Shown here: positions 26,033 through 36,234 of the stretch, piece by piece
Layout: the number at the start of each line of letters is the position of its first letter
How positions within the stretch are numbered: the stretch's first letter is position 1
From: Bacteroidales bacterium
Lineage (GTDB): Bacteria; Bacteroidota; Bacteroidia; Bacteroidales; WCHB1-69
Direction: 5' to 3'
Assembly (NCBI GenBank): GCA_045616665.1
Contig: JAZLHE010000036.1
Location: 1,011-65,010, forward strand
Length of the DNA: 64,000 nt
Translations under genes and position numbers: made by a program
The notes under the pieces: generated by a model
Database searches by the model: none
The model's input: only the letters and a program-made list of their open reading frames with translations
What the model was told of the DNA's origin: nothing

Positions 26033-26884
26033 ATGGAATATTTTTTAGATATGGATGAGCAGTACGCTCATCTCGAGAATGCGAAATATGTGCTAATGCC
26101 TGTCGCTTACGACGGCACCAGCACTTTTATCAAAGGTGCCGACAAAGGTCCCCAGGCCATTATCGACGCGTCAGACAGCATTGAGCTTTACGACGTTCAA
26201 TTTGAAATGGAACCTTATACCGCTGGCATTTATACTGATCATTTCAAATATGATTTTTCATCACCTGATGCGATGGTGCAGTCTGTTTATGCACGTGCTA
26301 AACACTTTATTGACAAGCAAAAGCACATTGGCCTGTTAGGTGGGGAACATTCCGTTTCCGTAGGATCCATCAAAGCATTTAGTGAAAAATATCCTGATTT
26401 GTCCGTTCTGCAAGTTGATGCGCACGCGGATCTTCGCGATGATTACCACGGTTCTATCTACAATCACGCCTGCGTTATGCGTCGGGCGCAAGACTACGCA
26501 CGCGTTGTCCAAGTGGGGATTCGTAATGTCTGTACTGAAGAAATGCACAACATCGTCAAAGAAAACATCTTTTATGCCCACAAGATGTATCATAATAGCG
26601 ATTGGATGGAACAAGCCATCAACCGTTTGACGGACCACGTTTACCTTACAATCGATTTAGACGGACTTGATCCGTCGATACTGCCTTCTACAGGTACACC
26701 GCTACCGGGCGGATTATCGTGGTACACCCTCATCACCTTCTTGGAAAAACTTTTTTCTTCTAAAAAAATCGTGGGATTTGATGTCGTAGAACTTTGTCCC
26801 CAACCCTACGACAAATCTTCCGATGTTCTGGCTGCCGTACTAGTCTATAAAATCATTTGCCTCTTTGAGTTAAACAAACAATAA
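26033..26884 (+). CDS. speB: Agmatinase / ureohydrolase family protein
   Basis: Arginase-family Mn-binding motifs GGEHSVS, VDAHADLRDD, DLDGLDPS and GFDVVELCP. Confidence 0.8.
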   Translation: MEYFLDMDEQYAHLENAKYVLMPVAYDGTSTFIKGADKGPQAIIDASDSIELYDVQFEMEPYTAGIYTDHFKYDFSSPDAMVQSVYARAKHFIDKQKHIGLLGGEHSVSVGSIKAFSEKYPDLSVLQVDAHADLRDDYHGSIYNHACVMRRAQDYARVVQVGIRNVCTEEMHNIVKENIFYAHKMYHNSDWMEQAINRLTDHVYLTIDLDGLDPSILPSTGTPLPGGLSWYTLITFLEKLFSSKKIVGFDVVELCPQPYDKSSDVLAAVLVYKIICLFELNKQ

Positions 26885-26957
26885 CTATTAATTTACACTT
26901 ATTAGAAATCATTTCTTTGTGAATTTTTGACATACACAAACTGTTAATAGAAATATT

Positions 26958-28601
26958 TTGAAATCAAGTAAGAACATTCCATTCACTATCATTTTTTCCA
27001 TCCTGATGGTGGTGTTATGCCTTCCCTGTTTTCAAAGTTTTACCCATATTTTCAATATCAAACCATTATCTGGACAGTTTGACGAGGTTCCTGCCCCAGA
27101 AGTCAGTTTTGAAAACTACCGGCAAGGGCTTATGCAAAAACAGCTGGAAAAATACATTACCGATAATTATGGTTTTCGAGAATGGACCATCCGCTGTTAC
27201 AACCAATATTTATGGGACTTTTTCAAACAGGAAAATGTGGAACACGTAGTGATAGGCAAAAACGGATGGCTGTTTTACCAACATCACGTCGATGACTATT
27301 ATGGTCGGGAAATGTACCGTTGGCAGGAGAACACAGACATTGCCCATATCCAATATGAACGGGAAATTCGAATGATGAACAAGTTGCGGGCGATTCTGCA
27401 CGAATATGGCATTGAATTTCTGATGTTCATTGCGCCCGACAAGGCCTTTGTCTATCCTGAATATTTGCCTGAACAAACTTTCGATACAACGACAATCAAT
27501 GCCCGAAAGTATTATGTGCAACGATTGACCGAAACCGGATTCCCAATCATAGATATGACGGAATGGTTCATTCAAATGCGCGATACGGCTTCATTCTGCA
27601 TTATGCCGTCAAAGGGTGCCCATTGGAATTTTTCCTGCGTTTATGGAGTGGATTCGCTGTTGCGCTTTATGGAAAAACTCACTGGGGATGAATTAGCACA
27701 TATCAAAATCAACAATTGGAGAAAAGCCACTCATTTTCAAGATATTGAAAGAGACATTGAAGAATCTATGAATTTGCTCAGACGCAACCCTATTGGCAAA
27801 AAATTCGCCACTATGGAAGGAGATATTGAAATTATCCGTACCCAAAAGACGAAAAAACCCAATGTCTTGTTTGTTGGAAATTCCTATTTATTCCAAATTC
27901 AAGATTATCTTCCCACCGAAAAAATATTCAGCCAGATTGGTCATCAATATTACCATAATATTTTTTATGACGGCTTTGATCGAATTGAACATCCTTTGGA
28001 AGAGATAGATATGCTGAAAAAAATATTGGAAGCCGATTACGTAGTTTTCTTTCTTGACGGCTGCCAAGCATACAAAACGAGCTATGGTTTTGTAGAAAAT
28101 GCCTTGCAGAATCTATGCTTAAGCAAAGAATACCGAGAACAACGCCGCGCTTTCTACGCGGACAGTGTCTGCCACGACCCCGCCACGCTAAAACGCTATG
28201 CCAAGGATTATCCCGATAAGCAAGAACGCATACAACATATCGGTTCAGACATCTATGTTCAAATGGACAACGACCCTGAAAGTGTTTTTCCAGAACTTCG
28301 GATTCCGTTTCCCACTGCGCGAAATCCTCGTATTCAAGATGTTCTTCAACATAAAAACGAGATTTTTCAAGGAAGTCGAGAGCAATTTATTGACAGCTTG
28401 GTAAGCGCAACAGAAGAAGAAATCTGGCACAACCCCGACCTGCTTAACGAAATCAAAAAGAAGGCAAAAGCAAAATCCATTTCGCTCAAACAAGCCGTCA
28501 GAGATGATGCCGTATGGATTGTCAATGATAAAATCGATAAGGAATTGATTACATTCCCACAATTTTCCATTACCGCTCAAACGAAGAAAAATGAAAAATA
28601 A
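26958..28601 (+). CDS. AlgX/AlgJ-like (SGNH/DHHW-type) putative O-acetyltransferase, paralog 1
   Basis: N-terminal membrane anchor, GKNGWLFY, and SKGAHWN (D/T-HW-like motif). Paralogous to the next ORF and located upstream of the MBOAT gene. TTG start, so the start is uncertain. Confidence 0.6.
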   Translation: MKSSKNIPFTIIFSILMVVLCLPCFQSFTHIFNIKPLSGQFDEVPAPEVSFENYRQGLMQKQLEKYITDNYGFREWTIRCYNQYLWDFFKQENVEHVVIGKNGWLFYQHHVDDYYGREMYRWQENTDIAHIQYEREIRMMNKLRAILHEYGIEFLMFIAPDKAFVYPEYLPEQTFDTTTINARKYYVQRLTETGFPIIDMTEWFIQMRDTASFCIMPSKGAHWNFSCVYGVDSLLRFMEKLTGDELAHIKINNWRKATHFQDIERDIEESMNLLRRNPIGKKFATMEGDIEIIRTQKTKKPNVLFVGNSYLFQIQDYLPTEKIFSQIGHQYYHNIFYDGFDRIEHPLEEIDMLKKILEADYVVFFLDGCQAYKTSYGFVENALQNLCLSKEYREQRRAFYADSVCHDPATLKRYAKDYPDKQERIQHIGSDIYVQMDNDPESVFPELRIPFPTARNPRIQDVLQHKNEIFQGSREQFIDSLVSATEEEIWHNPDLLNEIKKKAKAKSISLKQAVRDDAVWIVNDKIDKELITFPQFSITAQTKKNEK

Positions 28602-29925
28602 ATGTTTTAATGTGTTATTTATCATTTTTGCCAGTTTGACGATACTTGTTCTCGTTCAAGGGTTTACGCATATTATCCCTCTCAAGTTGGAAGGATATAC
28701 GCCAGAAAATTCCAAGGTTGAATTCAATTTTCAAAATTTAAAAGACGGAAGTTATCAAAAGTATCTGGAACAATATGCCAAAGAAAATTGTGGATTCAGA
28801 GAAATTTTTATTCGCTGCTACAACCAGGTTCTGTATTCTACCTTTCATCAAATCAGCAATAACAATATCATTGAAGGAAAGAATCAAGAGTTATTTTTAA
28901 GAATGTACACGGAAGAAGCCACTGGCAAAAATTTTCGTGAAAATTTTTCTTCTGTTGATTCCGCCCAAGCCATAGCCGAAAAAAACATTGAAAAAACGCT
29001 CATTTTGATGGACAGTCTTAAACGAAACGGCACTCAAGTTTTAATGGTTTTTGCGCCGGCCAAAACCGACATTTATCCGGAAATGCTCCCTGAAGATCTT
29101 CAACGACAAATGACAACGTTTTCTATCAGAGACTATTACATACAATTAGCCCGACAAAATCAAATCCCATGTATTGATTTTGTATCCATTTTCAAGGAAA
29201 TGGCCAAAGAGAGTCCATATCCTGTCTATACCAAAGCCGGAACTCATTGGGCACAACACACCATTCCCTATGTAGCCGACACGATTTTACGCAAAATAGA
29301 AGATGTTTTACAAAGGAAAATGCCTCAGATTGCATATATTGATTCTAATATTTGTACGCACTATACCGACGCCGACAAAGAACTGGAAAATCAGATGAAT
29401 CTACTTTTCCCATTCCGAAAGCAAGCTTTGCCCAATCCCATTTTCGAACTCAAAGACATAAACTCCAAAACAAAACCCAAACTATTGGTGGTTGGAGACA
29501 GTTATTTTATTGCCCTGCACCATTCCTGTTTCAGCGATTGTTTTTCACAAGTGGATTATTGGAAATACAACCGTGAAATTTATTCCTCGAACCCAAGTTA
29601 TAGTGGAGAAGTGCAATTTTTCCCTGCTAAATACAAAGTCATCAGTCAGGCAGACCTGGTGCTTTTCATTTTCACCACCGTTTCCGCCTACAACTACCTT
29701 TATGGATTTTGTGAAACTGCTTTCCAAACTTTTCGGAATCGTGACAATAATTTTGCAGAAGAACAAATCCAATACACCATTCAGCGAATCAAAAATGATC
29801 CAAAATGGTTTCAGAACGTGCAACGACAAGCCAAAGAAAAAAATAAATCTTTAGAAGAAATGCTGCGGGAAAATGCCCTGTATGTCATTTCAACAGAAGA
29901 ATCTTCATCAACAAACAATCAATAA
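28591..29925 (+). CDS. AlgX/AlgJ-like putative O-acetyltransferase, paralog 2
   Basis: N-terminal anchor. FREIFIRCYNQ parallels FREWTIRCYNQ in paralog 1. KAGTHWAQ motif. Overlaps paralog 1 by 11 nt. Confidence 0.6.
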   Translation: MKNKCFNVLFIIFASLTILVLVQGFTHIIPLKLEGYTPENSKVEFNFQNLKDGSYQKYLEQYAKENCGFREIFIRCYNQVLYSTFHQISNNNIIEGKNQELFLRMYTEEATGKNFRENFSSVDSAQAIAEKNIEKTLILMDSLKRNGTQVLMVFAPAKTDIYPEMLPEDLQRQMTTFSIRDYYIQLARQNQIPCIDFVSIFKEMAKESPYPVYTKAGTHWAQHTIPYVADTILRKIEDVLQRKMPQIAYIDSNICTHYTDADKELENQMNLLFPFRKQALPNPIFELKDINSKTKPKLLVVGDSYFIALHHSCFSDCFSQVDYWKYNREIYSSNPSYSGEVQFFPAKYKVISQADLVLFIFTTVSAYNYLYGFCETAFQTFRNRDNNFAEEQIQYTIQRIKNDPKWFQNVQRQAKEKNKSLEEMLRENALYVISTEESSSTNNQ

Positions 29926-29928
29926 ATT

Positions 29929-31344
29929 ATGGTATTCAGCAGCAATATATTCCTTTTGTTTTTTCTACCAATATTTTTGGTAGCGTATTTTCTGAGTCCC
30001 CAACGGATTAAGAACTACACGCTGCTCGTTTTTTCGCTCATTTTTTACGCATACGGAGCACCCGACTTCATTCTATTTCTTATTGGAGAATGTATCTTGA
30101 ACTACTTCATTGTCAAGTTGATGAGTAAAAGCGAGAAATCCGTTAGGAAAAAACTGTTATGTGCCTTATCCGTTGTATTGTCATTGGGAATGCTATTGTA
30201 TTTCAAGTATGCCAATTTCTTTCTGGAAAATCTGAATGCCGTGTTAGACTGTTTTCACCGCCCCGAATTAGGTTGGGCAGAAGTCGCGTTGCCCATCGGC
30301 ATTTCGTTTTTCACTTTCCAATCCATTACCTACACCATCGACGTGTATCGAAAAACCACCGAAGCAAGTCCCAAATTGAGCAATTATATATTGTATATTG
30401 TGATGTTTCCGCAACTGATTGCAGGTCCCATTGTGCGATACAATACTGTGGCTGAAGAAATTCAAAATCGTGAATCGACAATGGAAAACAGAGTGGTCGG
30501 ATTCTATCGATTTGTCATTGGATTGTCAAAAAAAGTACTGATTGCCAATGTATTAGCTCAAGCAGCAGACAGCATATTTGCTTTAGAATACAGCAATATG
30601 TCCACTGCGACGGCCTGGATAGGAATGTTGGCCTACACGATGCAGATTTATTTCGACTTTTCCGGTTATTCGGATATGGCCATCGGTTTGGGTATGATGA
30701 TGGGATTCCATTTTCCTGAAAACTTTATGAATCCATACACCAGCACCAGCATCAGCGATTTTTGGCGAAAATGGCATATCACCTTAGGCGCTTTTATGAA
30801 AGAATACCTATACATTCCGCTGGGCGGCAATCGCAAATCCGTTGTAAGGACCTACATCAATTTAGGGATTGTATTTTTATGTTCTGGATTCTGGCACGGA
30901 GCCGCCTGGAACTTCATCTTATGGGGCGCGTTTCACGGATTTTTCATCATTTTGGACAGATTGTTTATGCTCAACATCTTAAAGAAAATCGGACGCATCC
31001 CTTCAATGTTGCTAACCTTCTTTGTGGTCAATTTGGGCTGGGTGCTGTTCAGAGTGGAAGGAGTATCCCCTATTGCCGACTATTTCACCTCGCTGTTCGG
31101 ATTCCAAGGCGGTGAGACAATCTCATTAGACGCTCATTTCTGGTTTGTTTTCGCATTGGCCATTATCTTCTCTTTCTTAACTATCTTCAAATTTGGACAA
31201 AAAATCCAAAACCTCGTTTTTGCCGAACACTACACGACCAAAAGAACTTGGATTATGTTTGCCATCGTAGTCATTCTCTTTGTTTTATCTGTGGGCGCAC
31301 TAACCGTCACCGATTTCAATCCCTTTATTTATTTCAGATTTTAA
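29929..31344 (+). CDS. MBOAT-family membrane O-acyltransferase (AlgI/DltB-like)
   Basis: Polytopic membrane protein. FWRKWHITLGAFMKEYLYIPLGGNR and CSGFWHGAAWNF (conserved His). Confidence 0.9.
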   Translation: MVFSSNIFLLFFLPIFLVAYFLSPQRIKNYTLLVFSLIFYAYGAPDFILFLIGECILNYFIVKLMSKSEKSVRKKLLCALSVVLSLGMLLYFKYANFFLENLNAVLDCFHRPELGWAEVALPIGISFFTFQSITYTIDVYRKTTEASPKLSNYILYIVMFPQLIAGPIVRYNTVAEEIQNRESTMENRVVGFYRFVIGLSKKVLIANVLAQAADSIFALEYSNMSTATAWIGMLAYTMQIYFDFSGYSDMAIGLGMMMGFHFPENFMNPYTSTSISDFWRKWHITLGAFMKEYLYIPLGGNRKSVVRTYINLGIVFLCSGFWHGAAWNFILWGAFHGFFIILDRLFMLNILKKIGRIPSMLLTFFVVNLGWVLFRVEGVSPIADYFTSLFGFQGGETISLDAHFWFVFALAIIFSFLTIFKFGQKIQNLVFAEHYTTKRTWIMFAIVVILFVLSVGALTVTDFNPFIYFRF

Positions 31345-31523
31345 TCCTCCTAAAAGTTCTTCAGTGAATTTAATAGATAAAGGAGAAACTTGTATGACAA
31401 GATAAAAACCAAAATAATGAAGCCAATCATTTTGATTATCATTACGATAGATTGATTTATTCAGGGCAGTAAATTATTTTCAAAAAAATATGCGATATAC
31501 GTTGGTTATTACAATAATTTTCG

Positions 31524-31531
31524 TATTTTTG
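31524..31531 (+). promoter_or_regulatory. Putative -7 box (TATTTTTG) for tonB
   Basis: About 35 nt upstream of ATG 31568. Confidence 0.45.
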
Positions 31532-31567
31532 CAGTTCTAAAAGTAGAATATCAAAAAATACACCGCC

Positions 31568-32254
31568 ATGATAGAGAAAAAATCTGAAAAAGGCAATCTT
31601 GAAAAGAGAAAATCAATGTTTCTCTTGATAGGATTTGCTATCGTGCTGGGACTTACATACGTAAGTTTTGAGTTGTTTGCCTCTCGTGACAAAGGTGCCG
31701 TTATGACTTTAGATGATGAAGAATTCATCGAAGTAATGGACGAGGACGTTATTGCCACAGACCAAACTCCACCCCCACCGCCGCCACCAGTGGCACAACA
31801 ACAAGAAGTTGTGTTGAATATTGTAGATAACAACATCAAAGTTAACACTGATTTTGACTTCAGTCAAGACTTTGATGAAAACTTGGAAATTGAAGAATAT
31901 GTTCCCATCGAAATCGTAGAAGAAGCTGTTGACGAAACCCCTCCTGTACGTTTTGCGGAAGAAATGCCAGAATTTGTTGGAGGTATGGAAGCTATGTACT
32001 CATTCCTCCAAAAAGAGTTGACTTATCCGGAAGTAGCTCGTAACAACGGTATTCAAGGAACAGTTTTATTGGAATTCGTTGTTGAAAGAGATGGTAGTGT
32101 TAGCAACGTTAAACCTTTAGTTTCTTTATTCCCTGAATGCGATGCTGAAGCTATCCGCGTGGTAAAGAAAATGCCCAAATGGAAACCTGGCAAACAAATG
32201 GGAAAACCTGTTCGTTGTTATTTCAACTTGCCTATTCGTTTTACTTTGCAATAG
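31568..32254 (+). CDS. tonB: TonB-family energy transducer
   Basis: N-terminal anchor, Pro-rich spacer TPPPPPPPV, and the C-terminal TonB domain MPEFVGGMEAMYSFLQKELTYPEVARNNGIQGTVLLEFVVERDGSVSNV. Confidence 0.85.
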   Translation: MIEKKSEKGNLEKRKSMFLLIGFAIVLGLTYVSFELFASRDKGAVMTLDDEEFIEVMDEDVIATDQTPPPPPPPVAQQQEVVLNIVDNNIKVNTDFDFSQDFDENLEIEEYVPIEIVEEAVDETPPVRFAEEMPEFVGGMEAMYSFLQKELTYPEVARNNGIQGTVLLEFVVERDGSVSNVKPLVSLFPECDAEAIRVVKKMPKWKPGKQMGKPVRCYFNLPIRFTLQ

Positions 32255-32288
32255 AATAATTTGCTATATCAATCATATAACCATTAAA

Positions 32289-32315
32289 AAGAGACCTTAG
32301 AAAGTCTCTTTTTTT
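32289..32315 (+). terminator. Rho-independent terminator after tonB
   Basis: AAGAGAC-CTTAGAAA-GTCTCTT followed by a T run. Confidence 0.7.
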
Positions 32316-32332
32316 ATAAATATTCAATCAAA

Positions 32333-34024
32333 ATGAAAAAAAGATTTTTTCTTGCCAATTTGTTATTCATACTAAGCTTGGCACTTTGTGCTCAAGAAAC
32401 AGCAACTGGTTCAGCTACCTGTTATAGACTTCATTTAAAGGATAAAAATCAAAGCCCTTATTCAATTTCTCGTCCCGAAGAATTTCTATCGCAACGAGCC
32501 ATTGACCATAAAAACTGCTACTTCATTCCTATTACGGAAGAAGATTTACCTATCAATCCTCAATATAAGCAGCAGATTTGTGCCATCAACTCCGACATAC
32601 GAATCCTAACGGAATCAAAATGGCAAAACACAGTTGTCATTTATTGTCCCGATTCATTGGTTTTAACCACCGTGAAGGCATTGCCTTTTGTTGACACCAA
32701 CGTTATTGCCGTTGCCAATTTCACTTTTCAAAATGGGGAAACGCAAAAAAACGAGTCAATGAATCTCAATGAGAGCATCCTGGCCAATCACCTATCCGAC
32801 AGCAGCTACAATTATGGACCCAGCTTTGGGCAAATTGCCTTACACAACGGACACTTAATGCACCAATTGGGCTTCAAAGGCGACAGTATGCTCGTTGCAG
32901 TATTAGACGGGGGATGGGAAGGTTTTGATACCATCAGCTATTTCAGAGACCTTTATAATAATGGACAAATTTGGGGAACAGTAGATGTAGTGCCCCAAGG
33001 TGACAGTTTATTACCACGTAGTAATAATGTCTATATTGGCACAGGGCACGGCACCAGCGTCGTTTCCACGATGGCCTCCGCTATCAACGGCCAATTGATT
33101 GGAACGGCGCCCCACGCCAATTATTTCTTTATCCGCACCGAGAATCCCTATTCAGAAGAACTGATTGAGGAAGATTTTTGGGCACGAGGTGCCGAAATTG
33201 CTGATAGTTTGGGAGCTGACGTTTTAAGTTCATCATTAGGTTATTCTCTATTCCCAGACTTTCCAGAAGGCAACAACACCTATGCCAATTGCGACGGTGT
33301 CACCAGCATCGCTTCACGCAATGCCACTTTGGCCTGTCACAAAGGTGCCGTTGTTTGTGTAAGTGCGGGCAACGAAGGACTAAAACCCTGGCACTATATC
33401 ACATCTCCAGCCGATGCCTTTGACATCATTACCGTTGGAGCAGCCAACGCCGACAGCGTGATAGCTCCGTTCTCATCATTCGGTCCCACTTACGATGGCC
33501 GCATAAAACCCGATGCTGTGGCTGTGGGATGGAACAGTTACATAGTAGGGTCTAACGGCGTTGTCAGACAGGGAAATGGCACAAGCTATGCGTGCCCCAT
33601 TCTTGCCGGAATGGTAACCTGCCTGCGACAAGCGCTTCCTCAGATGGGGGCTTTGGACATCGTGAGAATCGTACGTCAAGCCGGTCATCAATACAATAAT
33701 CCTGACACGGCTATGGGATATGGAATACCCGATATTTATAAAGCATATCTTGAAAACAGAGAGGTTGTTTCCGTCAACGATTTTTGTCAAGAACCTCTTT
33801 CAATTTATCCCAATCCTTGCTCCAACAATTTATTGATCACCAATCTTGATTTTTCAATCGAAGAAATTCAGGTTTTTGATGTCAGTGGAAAATTGGTTTT
33901 GACCCATACCAACTGTTATAATACAGTGATTCAGATAGCCACCGACAGGTTATCATCAGGATTATATATACTTAAAACGAAGGAAAAGAATAAGATAAGA
34001 ACTGCAAAATTTATCAAGCAATAA
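32333..34024 (+). CDS. S8 (subtilisin) family serine peptidase with T9SS C-terminal sorting domain
   Basis: Catalytic triad contexts VAVLDGGW, GHGTSVVS and GTSYACP, with oxyanion SAGNEG. The C-terminal segment LSIYPNPCSNNLLI...LSSGLYILK..AKFIKQ is typical of Por/T9SS CTDs. Confidence 0.85.
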   Translation: MKKRFFLANLLFILSLALCAQETATGSATCYRLHLKDKNQSPYSISRPEEFLSQRAIDHKNCYFIPITEEDLPINPQYKQQICAINSDIRILTESKWQNTVVIYCPDSLVLTTVKALPFVDTNVIAVANFTFQNGETQKNESMNLNESILANHLSDSSYNYGPSFGQIALHNGHLMHQLGFKGDSMLVAVLDGGWEGFDTISYFRDLYNNGQIWGTVDVVPQGDSLLPRSNNVYIGTGHGTSVVSTMASAINGQLIGTAPHANYFFIRTENPYSEELIEEDFWARGAEIADSLGADVLSSSLGYSLFPDFPEGNNTYANCDGVTSIASRNATLACHKGAVVCVSAGNEGLKPWHYITSPADAFDIITVGAANADSVIAPFSSFGPTYDGRIKPDAVAVGWNSYIVGSNGVVRQGNGTSYACPILAGMVTCLRQALPQMGALDIVRIVRQAGHQYNNPDTAMGYGIPDIYKAYLENREVVSVNDFCQEPLSIYPNPCSNNLLITNLDFSIEEIQVFDVSGKLVLTHTNCYNTVIQIATDRLSSGLYILKTKEKNKIRTAKFIKQ

Positions 34025-34050
34025 GACGGTCCCAAGTCAAAAAAATTGCG

Positions 34051-34058
34051 TAAGTTTG
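34051..34058 (+). promoter_or_regulatory. Putative -7 box (TAAGTTTG) for sufCD
   Basis: About 20 nt upstream of ATG 34077. Confidence 0.5.
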
Positions 34059-34076
34059 CAGACAAAATAAACAACC

Positions 34077-34841
34077 ATGCTGAAGATAGAAAACCTACAT
34101 GTTTCCATTAAAGGGAAAGAGATATTAAAAGGCGTTAACTTGGAAATTAACCCGGGAGAAGTACACGCCATTATGGGACCCAACGGTACGGGAAAAAGCA
34201 CTTTGGCATCCGTCATTGCCGGCAAAGAACTATTTGAAGTCACCGAAGGAAGCATTACCTATAAAGGCAAAAATCTTTTGGAAATGCCTATTGAACAGAG
34301 AGCCCGCGAAGGCATTTTCATTGGCTTCCAATATCCGGTAGAAATTCCAGGCGTCAGCATTTCCAATTTTATGCGCACTGCCCTCAATGAAATCCGTCAA
34401 TATCGTGGACTTCCCGCTCTTACCGGAGCACAATTCTTAAAATTGATGGAAGAGAAGAAAAAAGTGGTTGAATTGACCGCCAAATTGAGCAATAGATCCG
34501 TCAATGAAGGGTTTTCTGGAGGAGAAAAAAAGAAAAATGAAATTTTCCAAATGGCTATGTTGGAACCTGAATTGGCCATTTTGGATGAAACCGATTCCGG
34601 TCTGGACATTGATGCGCTGAGAATCGTGGCCAATGGAGTCAATCAATTGAAGACCAAGGACAACTCAACAGTGGTTATCACCCATTATCAACGATTATTG
34701 GATTATATCGTTCCTGACATCGTCCACATTTTATTTGACGGCAAAATTGTAAAATCAGGACCCAAAGAATTAGCGCTTCAGTTAGAGGAAAAAGGCTATG
34801 ATTGGATCAAGGAAGAATACGAACAGGGAAAACTCAGATAA
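34077..34841 (+). CDS. sufC: Fe-S cluster assembly ATPase SufC
   Basis: MLKIENLHVSIKGKEILKGVNLEINPGEVHAIMGPNGTGKSTL, the ABC signature FSGGEKKK, and Walker B ILDETDSGLD. Confidence 0.95.
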   Translation: MLKIENLHVSIKGKEILKGVNLEINPGEVHAIMGPNGTGKSTLASVIAGKELFEVTEGSITYKGKNLLEMPIEQRAREGIFIGFQYPVEIPGVSISNFMRTALNEIRQYRGLPALTGAQFLKLMEEKKKVVELTAKLSNRSVNEGFSGGEKKKNEIFQMAMLEPELAILDETDSGLDIDALRIVANGVNQLKTKDNSTVVITHYQRLLDYIVPDIVHILFDGKIVKSGPKELALQLEEKGYDWIKEEYEQGKLR

Positions 34842-34842
34842 G

Positions 34843-36231
34843 ATGGAGAATTTCATTCACTATATAAAGAACCAATTCGACACTCTTGCAACCCAACTTC
34901 CCAATGACAAGGAAGGAAAGATTTCGGATTTACGGCAGCAGGCCTTAGATGTCATTTTATCAAAAGGATTGCCGACCTCCAAAGATGAATTGTGGAGGCA
35001 TTATCCCATTGAAAAAAATTTAGAATGCAATTACACCATTCAATCCGCAGCTGATCCATACAAACCTGTTGAGGAATATTTCAAATGCAACGTGCATCAT
35101 ATAGATACCTACATGTTCACCATATTAAATGGTTGGTATGCGCATCAAAACGCACCACTCACCACCTTTCCCAACGGCGTCATTGTAGGCAGTATTTTTG
35201 CCGCCATCGCACAATATCCTGAGCTTGTTCTTAAAAACCTGGCCCAATGCCAATCTGACAAGGCGGATAATTTTGTCAAACTCAACGAAGCATTTTTCAA
35301 CGACGGCATCTTCATATATGTACCCGATAACATCGTGGTAGAAAAGCCCATGCAATTGGTTTCCATCATCAACAGCAAGCAAAACTTGATGGTTCACAAC
35401 CGAAATTTGATTGCTTTGGGTAAACACGCCTCATTATCCTTGGTTCAATGCGACGATTCCCTACAATTTGGAAAGACCTTCATCAACAATGTCACAGAAA
35501 TCGTATTGGAAGAAGGAGCCGCAATGAATTTTTATAAGATGGAGAACAAAGATGTCCAGTCTTTGTTAATCAATCATATTTTTATTCATCAAAAGGGATT
35601 TTCGAGATTTTATTCCAACGCGGTAACTTTCAATGCGGGATTTTTACGCAATATGATTCACGTGAATCTTACGGAACCTTTTGCCGAAGCCAAACTTTAT
35701 GGTTTGTATCTTGTTGATAAGAAGCAATTTGTCGATAATCACGTTTACGTTAACCACGCTGCACCAGATTGCAGCAGTTACCAATTGTACAAAGGCATTG
35801 CCGATGACGAATCACGTGCCAACTTCAATGGCCATATCGTAGTACGGCCATACGCCCAACGAACCTCCGCTTTTCAGACGAACAAAAATATCACCTTGAC
35901 CGACGAGGCCAAAATCACGACCAAGCCGTTTTTGGAAATTTATGCCGACGACGTCAAGTGCAGCCACGGTGCCACGGTAGGACAATTGGATGATGAGGCA
36001 TTATTCTACCTTCGCTCGCGCGGCATTTGTGAACGCAATGCCCGTATGCTGTTAATGTACGCCTTTGCCAATGAAATCATTAATTTCGTCGAGATTGAAT
36101 CATTGCGAGACAAATTGTTGGATATGACCAAAAAGCGACTAAGTGGAGAATTGTCCATTTGTGATCAATGCGTATTGCATTGCTCTGACGAGAAACATTT
36201 TTCATTTGAAATCGACATCAGCAAAATTTAA
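34843..36231 (+). CDS. sufD: Fe-S cluster assembly protein SufD
   Basis: C-terminal SufD signature PFLEIYADDVKCSHGATVGQLDDEALFYLRSRGI. ATG 34843 follows the sufC stop by 1 nt. Confidence 0.85.
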   Translation: MENFIHYIKNQFDTLATQLPNDKEGKISDLRQQALDVILSKGLPTSKDELWRHYPIEKNLECNYTIQSAADPYKPVEEYFKCNVHHIDTYMFTILNGWYAHQNAPLTTFPNGVIVGSIFAAIAQYPELVLKNLAQCQSDKADNFVKLNEAFFNDGIFIYVPDNIVVEKPMQLVSIINSKQNLMVHNRNLIALGKHASLSLVQCDDSLQFGKTFINNVTEIVLEEGAAMNFYKMENKDVQSLLINHIFIHQKGFSRFYSNAVTFNAGFLRNMIHVNLTEPFAEAKLYGLYLVDKKQFVDNHVYVNHAAPDCSSYQLYKGIADDESRANFNGHIVVRPYAQRTSAFQTNKNITLTDEAKITTKPFLEIYADDVKCSHGATVGQLDDEALFYLRSRGICERNARMLLMYAFANEIINFVEIESLRDKLLDMTKKRLSGELSICDQCVLHCSDEKHFSFEIDISKI

Positions 36232-36234
36232 AGT

